Of a DNA stretch of 64,000 nucleotides, positions 9,627 to 17,828 are shown piece after piece. Made by a program: the position numbers and the translations under genes. The notes under the pieces are model-generated. The model saw only the letters and a program-made list of their open reading frames with translations, had not been told where the DNA came from and made no database searches. This DNA comes from Anaerolineae bacterium (GTDB lineage Bacteria > Chloroflexota > Anaerolineae > Anaerolineales > UBA4823): NCBI GenBank assembly GCA_041301185.1, contig JBFYSV010000202.1, positions 8,620 to 72,619 on the forward strand, read 5' to 3'. Position 1 is the stretch's first letter. Every line of letters starts with the position of its first letter.

Positions 9627-10607
9627 CTACCCACCGATTTCACTCATCGTCCGGTTGAGTGGGATCAGGCCTTCAGCCAAACCATTCCCCCACGGCTTGT
9701 TCCAAATCGCTTCCAGGATCAGCTGTCTTAGCTCAGCGAATGATGCCCCGCTTCGCAGAGGCGTCAGCACATCAACTTCTCGTTCGTGCAGCAAGCATAA
9801 CCTTAACCGCCCATCGGCGGTTAATCTTGCTCGGGTACAGGATGAGCAAAAAGGCTGGCTCACTGTAGAGATAAACCCTACCGTACCGATCGCCCCTGGG
9901 ATACGGTACATCCTCGACTCACCGTCCAGTTGCCCGCCGTTCATACATTCCAGTGGCCCAAATACTGCTTCGATGCGCTCTTGAACCTCGGACGAGGTAA
10001 CGACATTGGCTCGCTGGAATTCGGTCGCGCCACCAAAAGGCATCATCTCAATGTAACGAACTTGCCAGGCTTTTTGGAGGGTGAGCCGTGCCAAATCCAC
10101 CACATCTTTTTCGCTATAATCGCGCACCACAACCGCGTTAATTTTGATCGGCGTCAGCCCGGCTTCTTCGGCAGCTGCGATCCCATCCCATACATCTAGT
10201 AATGAACCCCAACGGGTCAGGCGGTGGAATTTTTCGTTATCCAGGGTATCCAGGCTGAAATTAACCCTGCGTAAGCCAGCCTCTGCCAGCGGTTTTGCTA
10301 ACCGGGAAAACAACACACCGTTGGAGGTCATCGTTAATGACCGGACACCAGGTATTTCTTTTATCCGGCGAACTAATTCGACAATCCCTGCCCGCACGGT
10401 AGGCTCGCCACCTGTCAGGCGGTACTTATCGAATCCCAGGCTGGCAAAAATCTTTATCAGGCTCAAGACCTCATCGTCTTGCATCAGCTCTGCATTCGGT
10501 CGGAAGGTCATCCCCTCTGGCATGCAATAGATGCAGCGCAAGTTACAATGATCGGTAAGACTGATGCGCAAATAATGGATTTGCCGACCAAAACGATCAA
10601 TCGCCAT
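9627..10607 (-). CDS. moaA: GTP 3',8-cyclase MoaA (radical SAM)
   Basis: 326-aa ORF with 'CNLRCIYC' radical-SAM cluster motif, a C-terminal second cluster 'CSSCTRARLTADGRLRLCL' and a terminal GG. Confidence 0.9.
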   Translation of the reverse strand: MAIDRFGRQIHYLRISLTDHCNLRCIYCMPEGMTFRPNAELMQDDEVLSLIKIFASLGFDKYRLTGGEPTVRAGIVELVRRIKEIPGVRSLTMTSNGVLFSRLAKPLAEAGLRRVNFSLDTLDNEKFHRLTRWGSLLDVWDGIAAAEEAGLTPIKINAVVVRDYSEKDVVDLARLTLQKAWQVRYIEMMPFGGATEFQRANVVTSSEVQERIEAVFGPLECMNGGQLDGESRMYRIPGAIGTVGFISTVSQPFCSSCTRARLTADGRLRLCLLHEREVDVLTPLRSGASFAELRQLILEAIWNKPWGNGLAEGLIPLNRTMSEIGG

Positions 10608-10850
10608 TTAACCTATAAGACCTTTCATCTGCATTGCTGAGAGACATTGGGCAATAGGCCAGCTAGGATAGGCAAAGGCCCAATAATTCTCCCGAGTTAG
10701 CAAGCACACCTGGAAACAAAATCATTATAACAAGCAGCAGCGCGAAGGGATATATTAAGTATTTCCTTAATATTGCCTGGATCTCCACAAAATGCTACTA
10801 TATTTATGCACCCAACGGATTAGGTTCAAACTGATCGGCAGGTATTCTGC

Positions 10851-11729
10851 ATGGAAGACAACCTCCAACTTACAGATTTGTCTCCAGATCCCGTGGAAGA
10901 ATGGCAGCGAATGCTGAAATTCTGCAATTTAGCCGCGGCTGAGCAACAGGCAATGGCACGCTCGGTGGAACCATTGATGAAGCGCAGCACAGAATTGGTG
11001 GTGAATACCTATGATTATCTGCGTGCAGTTCCAGAAACAGCCGCAATCCTGGGCTGGGAAGACACGGTTGATGAAGACCATCTAGAAGAACGGCGGCGTT
11101 TTTTCACCATTTGGCTGGCGCGCACGCTAGGATTGGATACATCAGATGAGTTTGCATTTTATCTGTTCCGTGCCGGTCAATACCACGCTGGGCAAGGTCC
11201 CCGAACGATACACACCCCGCCGGCGTATGTAACCATATCGATTGGTATGGTCCTGGCAAGTTTTGCCAATTACATGATAGATGCACAACTGCCTGCTGAG
11301 GTGATAGCCCTTGCCATGGCTGGTTGGAGCAAATATCTAAGCGTACAATTAAATCAGATGTCGATGGGCTACTCTATCGCCCGGGATTTTTCAAACGGTG
11401 ATTTCGCTACTCGGGTGACGTTGTTTGGGCGAATGCGACCGCTGATAGGGAAAACGGAGCTGCCTGTCCCCCTCCTTAGCGGTGCAAAAATCCATGATCT
11501 ATTGAAGAAATTCTTCGATTACTATCCTCAGTCACGGGCGGTCGTACTGGACCGCGTTTGGCAATCACACGACAAGGCTGATTCGTTATGGATTGAAGTC
11601 ATGCCGGTCTATGTCCCTCGGAAAGGCTGGCGAATTTTACACAACGGTCGCGCTCTCGGCTTTGAGAAGGGTTTCAACGAATTAGTTCGGGAGAATGATG
11701 AAGTCGCAATTTTCCCACCGGGTCGTTGA
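10851..11729 (+). CDS. Fusion protein: protoglobin-like domain plus MoaD/ThiS-like beta-grasp domain (C-terminus ...FPPGR)
   Basis: 292-aa ORF. By eye, aa ~15-175 align to the protoglobin/globin-sensor fold ('VVNTYDYLRAVPE', 'RRRFFTIWLARTL', 'AGQYHAG' with a candidate proximal His112). Residues ~186-292 resemble MoaD ('RVTLFGRMRPLIG...LVRENDEVAIFPPGR'). A candidate promoter TTGCCT-17-TACTAT lies at 10764-10792. Confidence 0.55.
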   Translation: MEDNLQLTDLSPDPVEEWQRMLKFCNLAAAEQQAMARSVEPLMKRSTELVVNTYDYLRAVPETAAILGWEDTVDEDHLEERRRFFTIWLARTLGLDTSDEFAFYLFRAGQYHAGQGPRTIHTPPAYVTISIGMVLASFANYMIDAQLPAEVIALAMAGWSKYLSVQLNQMSMGYSIARDFSNGDFATRVTLFGRMRPLIGKTELPVPLLSGAKIHDLLKKFFDYYPQSRAVVLDRVWQSHDKADSLWIEVMPVYVPRKGWRILHNGRALGFEKGFNELVRENDEVAIFPPGR

Positions 11730-11829
11730 GGTGGACCATCCACAAGAAAGGAGGTAAATAGCCCCTGTCTCGATCAACCATTGGCGGCTCAATAGATCCG
11801 AAAAACGATTAATGAATTAGGAGGCAAAT

Positions 11830-13656
11830 ATGACGCTCGGAGGTTATGCAGATCGAATAGCTCATGTAGACCTTACCGCAGGCAAGGTCGAATATAAGGC
11901 AGCACCAGAGGATTGGAAGCTCAAGTATATTGGTGCTCGGGGTTTGGGCGTGCGTTACGTACTGGAAAATGGCCCCCAGGTAGATCCCCTATCCCCGGAT
12001 AATATCCTATGCTTCATGAATGGCCCCCTGACCGGCACTGAAGCTAATATGAGCGGCCGGATGGCCATTGTCACCAAATCCCCCCTCACCGGAACTGTGA
12101 CCGATAGCCACCACGGCGGCTGGTCGGCTGCCCGCTTGCGTTGGGCTGGCTTTGATGGCTTGATCTTCAAAGGCAAAGCTGCAAAACCGGTTTACGCCTA
12201 TATCGAAGAGAACACTCTTGAATTACGAGATGCTTCAGATGTATGGGGCAAGGGCGTTCACGATACCATCAAACACTTCAAAGAGCTCTACGGAGAGAAA
12301 GACCTGACCGTGATTTCCATCGGTCCAGCAGGCGAGAAGCTCTCCCGCTTTGCTTGTTGGGTGAACGAGCACGATCGGGCAAGCGGACGAGGCGGAACGG
12401 GCTGTGTTGGCGGCAGCAAGAACCTTAAGGCGATCGTGATCAAAGCCAAGAAGAATATGCCCAAAGCAAAGGATCGTGAAGCCTGGAAGCCTGCTCATGC
12501 CCGGGCCCTTTCCGTGATCATGGATGAAGCTAATATCACCAGCCCCCGCAAAGGCGCTCTTTCGGTCTACGGCACGAATGTGTTGATGAATATCACCAGC
12601 AATATGGGAGCATTACCGGCCAATAACAGCCAGTTTGCCTCATTTGGCGATAAAGCTGAGGCCATCAGCGGCGAGCATGTAAAGGAAACTATCCTGGTCA
12701 ACGACCCCACTTGCCACGCTTGCCCGGTTGCCTGCAAGAAAGAGGTCAGAGTTACTGAAGGGCCCTTTGCAGGTTTGCAGATGGAGAGCGTTGAGTACGA
12801 ACCCGCCTGGTCGGTCGGCGCCAACTGTGGTAACGATAATATCGCCAGTGTGGCTAAGATTATTGACCTGTGCAACGATTATGGGCTGGACGCCATCGAA
12901 ATCGGTAACGTCCTCTCGGTCTATATGGAAGCCACCCAAAGAGGTTACACCAACGGTGCAGGAGGGCTCCAGTGGGGTGACTACATGAACATGGTCGAAA
13001 CTACCCACAAGATTGGCAAGCGGGAAGGGATTGGTGATGCCCTCGCAGAAGGAGCCGCCCGGGCAGCTCAACATTTCGGACATCCCGAGATCTCGATGAC
13101 TGTAAAGGGCCAGTCCATACCCGCTTACGATCCGCGCGGTTTGAAAGGCATGGGTATTGCCTATGCCACCAGTAACCGCGGTGCCTGCCACTTGCGCGCC
13201 TATACCCCGGCAGCCGAGTTGAACCTGATGCCCTTTAAATCCCTTCGGGTAGATCCCCTCGAGTGGAAAGGCAAGGGTGAGCTGGTGATGATCTTTCAGG
13301 ATATCCACGCTTTTTCAGACAGCCTGGATCTGTGCAAGTTCAGCGCATTTGCTGAGGGTACGGATGAATACGCTCAGCAATACTCTGCTGTGGTCGGTAT
13401 TCCGTTCACATCCGATGACGTGCTGAAGACCGGGCAGCGGATATATAACCTGGAACGCTACTATAATAACCTGGCGGGTCTCAGGGAGGGAAGCGATTAC
13501 CTGCCTGAGCGCTTCTTGAAAGAACCATCCACAATGCCTGGCTCTGAAGGGCATGTTTGCGAGCTGGACTTGATGCTAGAGGAATACTACAAAGCTCGCG
13601 GCTGGGTGAACGGGGTTGTTCCGGAGTCTAAGCTCAAAGAGTTAGAGATTATCTAA
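11830..13656 (+). CDS. aor: Aldehyde:ferredoxin oxidoreductase (tungsten-pterin AOR family)
   Basis: 608-aa ORF with AOR N-domain ('KYIGARGLG', 'NGPLTGT', 'KSPLTG') and a 4Fe-4S ligand region ('DPTCHACPVACKK'). C-terminal AOR domains are present, and an AGGAGG RBS sits upstream. Confidence 0.9.
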   Translation: MTLGGYADRIAHVDLTAGKVEYKAAPEDWKLKYIGARGLGVRYVLENGPQVDPLSPDNILCFMNGPLTGTEANMSGRMAIVTKSPLTGTVTDSHHGGWSAARLRWAGFDGLIFKGKAAKPVYAYIEENTLELRDASDVWGKGVHDTIKHFKELYGEKDLTVISIGPAGEKLSRFACWVNEHDRASGRGGTGCVGGSKNLKAIVIKAKKNMPKAKDREAWKPAHARALSVIMDEANITSPRKGALSVYGTNVLMNITSNMGALPANNSQFASFGDKAEAISGEHVKETILVNDPTCHACPVACKKEVRVTEGPFAGLQMESVEYEPAWSVGANCGNDNIASVAKIIDLCNDYGLDAIEIGNVLSVYMEATQRGYTNGAGGLQWGDYMNMVETTHKIGKREGIGDALAEGAARAAQHFGHPEISMTVKGQSIPAYDPRGLKGMGIAYATSNRGACHLRAYTPAAELNLMPFKSLRVDPLEWKGKGELVMIFQDIHAFSDSLDLCKFSAFAEGTDEYAQQYSAVVGIPFTSDDVLKTGQRIYNLERYYNNLAGLREGSDYLPERFLKEPSTMPGSEGHVCELDLMLEEYYKARGWVNGVVPESKLKELEII

Positions 13657-13679
13657 CCATCCGATCAACTATCAGAAAG

Positions 13680-13715
13680 AGCCCGGCGAGTCTTCCTGCC
13701 GGGTTCTTTCATTTC
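13680..13715. terminator. Stem-loop with T-rich flanks between convergent aor and the small GGG-ending gene
   Basis: AGCCCGGC (13680-13687), 10-nt loop, GCCGGGTT (13698-13705), then ctttcatttc. The reverse complement is also followed by a T-rich tract. Confidence 0.5.
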
Positions 13716-13735
13716 TGGAAAAAATAAAACATACT

Positions 13736-13993
13736 TCAACCACCGCCCCGCATTAGCTTAATCTCTAGTTTCGGCATCAGCTCTTGAAGTTTTGATTCCT
13801 CAACGCTTAGTTCCAAACGAACCCGCCCAATTACAATCGAACCGATCTTATAATCTTCTATCCTGTAAAAATCTGCCTTCCACCCAACACCTTCTACATG
13901 CTGTTTGCCTCGGAGCTCCCCACCTACCTCTATCAGGTAATCCTCTAATAGCCACAGCGGGACACCATGCACATCCCGGGTAATCTCGACCAT
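13736..13993 (-). CDS. Small conserved-looking protein of unknown function ending in ...MRGGG
   Basis: 85-aa ORF located 5 nt downstream of the MoaD-like gene on the same strand. No motif recognised except the C-terminal GGG. Confidence 0.5.
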   Translation of the reverse strand: MVEITRDVHGVPLWLLEDYLIEVGGELRGKQHVEGVGWKADFYRIEDYKIGSIVIGRVRLELSVEESKLQELMPKLEIKLMRGGG

Positions 13994-13998
13994 AGAAC

Positions 13999-14277
13999 TC
14001 AGCCCCCACCTACCGCGGGGAAGACATTAATGGTGTCTCTCGCGGTGATCTCCGTTTGCATGGCGTCTTGCAAGTAAGGTACATCTCTCCCATTTATGAG
14101 GACATGAACCCTTTCAAGAAGCTCACCATCTTCGTCCAACAATTCTTCTTTCAAACCAGGATATTCCTGGATCAACCCGTCGATCAACGAACGCACGGTG
14201 ATGGTCCCTTCCACTGGATACTCTATACTTTTCTGTCCCACGATCTGGCGCAATGTAGCATAAAAATTGATCTTCAT
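13999..14277 (-). CDS. MoaD/ThiS-family ubiquitin-like sulfur-carrier-type protein ending in ...FPAVGGG
   Basis: 92-aa ORF with the pattern 'MKINFYATLRQIVG...TVRSLIDGL...VLINGRDV...DTINVFPAVGGG', typical of the MoaD beta-grasp family. Confidence 0.75.
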   Translation of the reverse strand: MKINFYATLRQIVGQKSIEYPVEGTITVRSLIDGLIQEYPGLKEELLDEDGELLERVHVLINGRDVPYLQDAMQTEITARDTINVFPAVGGG

Positions 14278-14313
14278 CTGCCCTAAACTCCATCAATCCG
14301 GGTATCTGTGGTG

Positions 14314-15753
14314 CTACTTCGCCCCATCTGTTCGCAGCAACCGCAGGAAGGCAACACGCCGGGTGGTTGAGCTCAGGCGAGCGGTCTCCCCTATCCGAAA
14401 CCCTGCTACCCAAATAATGTCTTCACCGGATACGAGGATAGGCCAGCCATCTCTTGCTTTGGATGGAATTTTAAGATTGGTCATAAAATCAGACAATTTG
14501 ATTGAGTGCCCATCCAATCCAAATGGCTTCAAACGGTCACCGGCTTGCCTGCTGCGCACGAGTACCGGGAAAATAATCTTATCTGCGTCCAGCCAGGCTC
14601 GGGTTGGATCGGTATTCATCTCAACTTGAGCGATTAGTTCAGCGCTTGCCAATAATTGCTCTGCCCTAATCATCCAGCCGCCACCCAATTCACATACTCC
14701 CGGAAGATCAAGATAATAAGTTTTGCCGCTGATTACCTGCGGCCAATCTCCGATCGGTAAGACTGCATCCCGGGCAGCCAACCAAAACAGGCCAGACTCA
14801 ACAAAGACGTATAATCCGGCTATCAGCTCAGTTTTCCCATGAGCGGGTTGTTTTATTTGTTCGACCCCTCTTTCGATAACCTTGAATTCAATGTCCCTAA
14901 GCTCCGGAACCAGCGTTGTCATACCCTTCCTCAATAACTGGCGTTGCATTCCCACTGGCAGGCGTGACACTCCATCAACAGCTAATCCAACATATCCTGT
15001 GCCCTGCTCGACACAGCACTCGGCCCAAACCTGATCCACGTTTTTCTGCATGATGGCATGATCCCCTCGCAAAACCTCTGCCATGTTAAATAACCTATTT
15101 TTGATCTGGGGATTATATTGTTCCAATTCTGGAATCAGATCGTGGCGTAATCGATTGCGGAAATACCGCCGATCCCGGTTCGATTCATCGATTTCAGGCT
15201 GGATACCCCGCTCTAGCAAATACTGCGTGATATCATCCCGCCAGCTCCCGAGCAACGGCCGCACGAGAGGAATCTCATTATCCCAACTGTTCGGTAAAGA
15301 AAAATATCCCATACCACTCAAACCAGCCAGCCCAGAGCCGCGCAGAAAATGCATCAATACTGTTTCTACCTGATCATCTGCTGTATGACCGACGGCAACC
15401 GCTTGAGCACGATTTTCTCTTGCCTGATCAAACAAAAATCGATATCGAACCACACGCGCTGCTTCTTCGACGGATAGGTGATTTTCCCGGGCGTAGCTGT
15501 AAATATCCACTTTCTTTTGAACAAAAGGTAATTTCCTGGATGAGGCTTGTTGGTGAACTTGATGGGCTTCATCATCAGCTCTTGATCGTAATCCATGATT
15601 CAGGTGAGCCACAATTATCTGGTAACCCAGGCGCCATAGAATGTCTAACAAGCACAGGCTGTCCGGACCGCCTGAGACACCTGTCACAACAGCTTTGTTA
15701 ATTCCAATCCGGCAGTTGTGTTGTAAAATATACTGAAGATCGTTCACATTCAC
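14314..15753 (-). CDS. tilS: tRNA(Ile)-lysidine synthase
   Basis: 479-aa ORF with PP-loop 'GVSGGPDSLCL', 'AHLNHGLR' and 'GHTADDQVETVLM' motifs, plus a TilS C-terminal domain. Confidence 0.85.
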   Translation of the reverse strand: MNVNDLQYILQHNCRIGINKAVVTGVSGGPDSLCLLDILWRLGYQIIVAHLNHGLRSRADDEAHQVHQQASSRKLPFVQKKVDIYSYARENHLSVEEAARVVRYRFLFDQARENRAQAVAVGHTADDQVETVLMHFLRGSGLAGLSGMGYFSLPNSWDNEIPLVRPLLGSWRDDITQYLLERGIQPEIDESNRDRRYFRNRLRHDLIPELEQYNPQIKNRLFNMAEVLRGDHAIMQKNVDQVWAECCVEQGTGYVGLAVDGVSRLPVGMQRQLLRKGMTTLVPELRDIEFKVIERGVEQIKQPAHGKTELIAGLYVFVESGLFWLAARDAVLPIGDWPQVISGKTYYLDLPGVCELGGGWMIRAEQLLASAELIAQVEMNTDPTRAWLDADKIIFPVLVRSRQAGDRLKPFGLDGHSIKLSDFMTNLKIPSKARDGWPILVSGEDIIWVAGFRIGETARLSSTTRRVAFLRLLRTDGAK

Positions 15754-15888
15754 AAAATTATTATAGCGTAAAAGAAGCGCATTATTTTAGCCCTTGATCG
15801 TTTATGATCACTGGCACCATCACCGAAATGCACTACTGGGGTCATTTATTTTAGATGACTAATCCAAAGCTGATCATGGGGAGTTGCC

Positions 15889-17049
15889 ATGCCCGAGAAA
15901 ATATTAATTGTCGATGATGACATTGATACATTGAAGCTGGTAGGCTTGATCTTACAACGACAAGGCTATGATGTTCGGGTGGCGAGCAGTGGTTTACAGG
16001 CTTTGTCGATGATTCAAATTGATCTCCCCGATTTGCTGCTGTTGGATATCATGATGCCCGAGGTGGATGGGTACGAGGTTGCCCGCCAACTGCGAGCCGA
16101 CCCACAAACAGCCGAGATTCCCATCATCATGTTCACCGCCAAAACGCAACTGGATGATAAAGTTGCCGGATTTGAAGCTGGCGCAGACGATTACCTGACC
16201 AAACCCACCCAGCCACGCGAGTTGCTTGCGCATATCAAAGCGGTCATGGCTAGAACCAGTAAAAGCCGCCAACCGGCAACCGTAGCTCAACCCCCTTCCG
16301 CTGAGCGAGGCTATATGGCGGGGGTGATCGCGACCAAAGGCGGTTTGGGGGTATCTATAATATCCTTAAATCTCGGGGTTGCTATCCGGGAAGAATACAA
16401 GAAGGATGTCATTGTAGCCGATTTCCGCCCTGGTCAAGGAAGCATCGGTCTAGAGCTAGGCTATCAAAAAGCAGAAGGCTTAAATCACCTCTTAGAGCGA
16501 AAACCCAACGATATCACCCTGAAGGACATCGAATCTCAACTCGTATTGCACTCATCAGGTATCCGGCTATTGTTGTCCTCTCACCGTCCAAGTGACTCGA
16601 AGTATAACGGGGCGATTGCCCATTTTGAAGTGATCTCCCGTAATTTACCCTTCCTTGCAAAGCATGTGATCCTTGATTTGGGGCCGACCTTCTCTCCGCT
16701 GGTAGAAAAAGTTGTTCCTCATTGCAATGAGATCATTGTCCTTGTTGAGCCGGTGCCCTATTCTGTCCACCAGACGCGCCTTCTGATCGATGAGCTAACC
16801 ACCAATGGAGTCGGTGAGGGTAAAATCACAGCAGTGTTGGTGAACCGCTTCCGTTCAGGTGTACAATTAGCCTGGAGCCAGGTACAGGAACAACTCAAGC
16901 ATAATATCTCCGTCATATTCACCCCCGCACCCGAGTTGACCTACCAGGCATCTGTCAATGGAGTCCCGGTATTTTTACAACAGCCGGAAAGTCTTACGGC
17001 CCAGCAATTTCAGAAACTGGCTGAGAAGGTCATCCAGCGAAGCACATAA
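15889..17049 (+). CDS. Response-regulator receiver fused to a CpaE/TadZ-type ParA/MinD-like domain (atypical Walker A)
   Basis: 386-aa ORF. REC domain has 'ILIVDDD', acceptor Asp in 'LLLLDIMMP' and 'KP'. A ParA-like domain follows with 'ATKGGLGVSIISLNLG' (KGGxGxS, no GK[ST]) and 'VILDLGP'. Confidence 0.8.
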   Translation: MPEKILIVDDDIDTLKLVGLILQRQGYDVRVASSGLQALSMIQIDLPDLLLLDIMMPEVDGYEVARQLRADPQTAEIPIIMFTAKTQLDDKVAGFEAGADDYLTKPTQPRELLAHIKAVMARTSKSRQPATVAQPPSAERGYMAGVIATKGGLGVSIISLNLGVAIREEYKKDVIVADFRPGQGSIGLELGYQKAEGLNHLLERKPNDITLKDIESQLVLHSSGIRLLLSSHRPSDSKYNGAIAHFEVISRNLPFLAKHVILDLGPTFSPLVEKVVPHCNEIIVLVEPVPYSVHQTRLLIDELTTNGVGEGKITAVLVNRFRSGVQLAWSQVQEQLKHNISVIFTPAPELTYQASVNGVPVFLQQPESLTAQQFQKLAEKVIQRST

Positions 17050-17828
17050 TGTCCGTCCCAGAACAATTCAAGCGCGGAATACAGTGTGCTGCCGATATTA
17101 TTCGCGGCAGCCGAAATACGGTTGCGCTGACCGGCGCTGGAATCTCCACACCTTCGGGCATTCCTGATTTCAGAACCCCGACCAGCGGTCTTTGGGAAAA
17201 ATATGATGCCTTTGAAGTGGCGTCTTTGAACGCTTTCAGGTATAACCCGGAAAATTTTTTCAACTGGATGCGTCCATTAGCCCGGGATATTCATACCGCC
17301 TCCCCCAACCCAGCGCACCGCGGTTTGGCTCAGTTAGAAGAAGCAGGCTACCTCCAAACAATTATCACCCAAAACATTGATGGTCTTCACCAACAGGCCG
17401 GATCCAGGATGGTTCTGGAAGTGCACGGTAGCCTGCAATCCCTAACTTGTGTGCGTTGCTATCAGCAGCACAATGCATCTAATTTTATCGACGCGTATGT
17501 TGAGCAAGGAGTTATTCCTCGATGCTCTAAATGTAGTAACTACCTGAAACCGGATGTGGTTCTGTATGGAGAACAGCTTCCAGCTCGTACCTGGCTAAAA
17601 GCCCAGGAAAGCTGCAAGCGTTGTGACTTAATGATTGTTGCAGGCTCTTCTCTCGAGGTACTTCCGGTCGCCGGGCTTCCCATGCGGGCAATCGACCGCG
17701 GTGCTCACCTGATCATTATCAATCAATCCCATACCTATATTGATGTCCGAGCCGATCTTGTTCTGAATGCTGATGTAGCGCTGGCTATCCCGTGGATTGT
17801 TCAGGAGGTGCTGAGTGGCCGACCTTAA
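17049..17828 (+). CDS. cobB: NAD-dependent protein deacylase, Sir2/CobB family
   Basis: 259-aa ORF with 'GAGISTPSGIPDFR', 'TQNIDGLH', 'EVHGS' and Zn ribbon CxxC...CxxC ('CVRC','CSKC'). Its start overlaps the upstream stop (TAATG). Confidence 0.85.
   Translation: MSVPEQFKRGIQCAADIIRGSRNTVALTGAGISTPSGIPDFRTPTSGLWEKYDAFEVASLNAFRYNPENFFNWMRPLARDIHTASPNPAHRGLAQLEEAGYLQTIITQNIDGLHQQAGSRMVLEVHGSLQSLTCVRCYQQHNASNFIDAYVEQGVIPRCSKCSNYLKPDVVLYGEQLPARTWLKAQESCKRCDLMIVAGSSLEVLPVAGLPMRAIDRGAHLIIINQSHTYIDVRADLVLNADVALAIPWIVQEVLSGRP

Noticed and set aside
10795-10825. tRNA-like 'GGTTCAAAC' string in the moaA / protoglobin intergenic region
   Set aside because: The flanking bases do not form a T-arm stem. 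No acceptor or anticodon arms can be drawn. No tRNA gene is supported anywhere in the window.
17049-17828. Sir2-domain protein as an anti-phage defence effector (Thoeris/DSR/SIR2-HerA type)
   Set aside because: It is short (259 aa) and is a canonical CobB-type sirtuin with the Zn ribbon and GAGIS/HG motifs. It has no fused sensor, SLOG, TM or helicase partner. It is translationally coupled to a two-component system rather than to defence-island genes.
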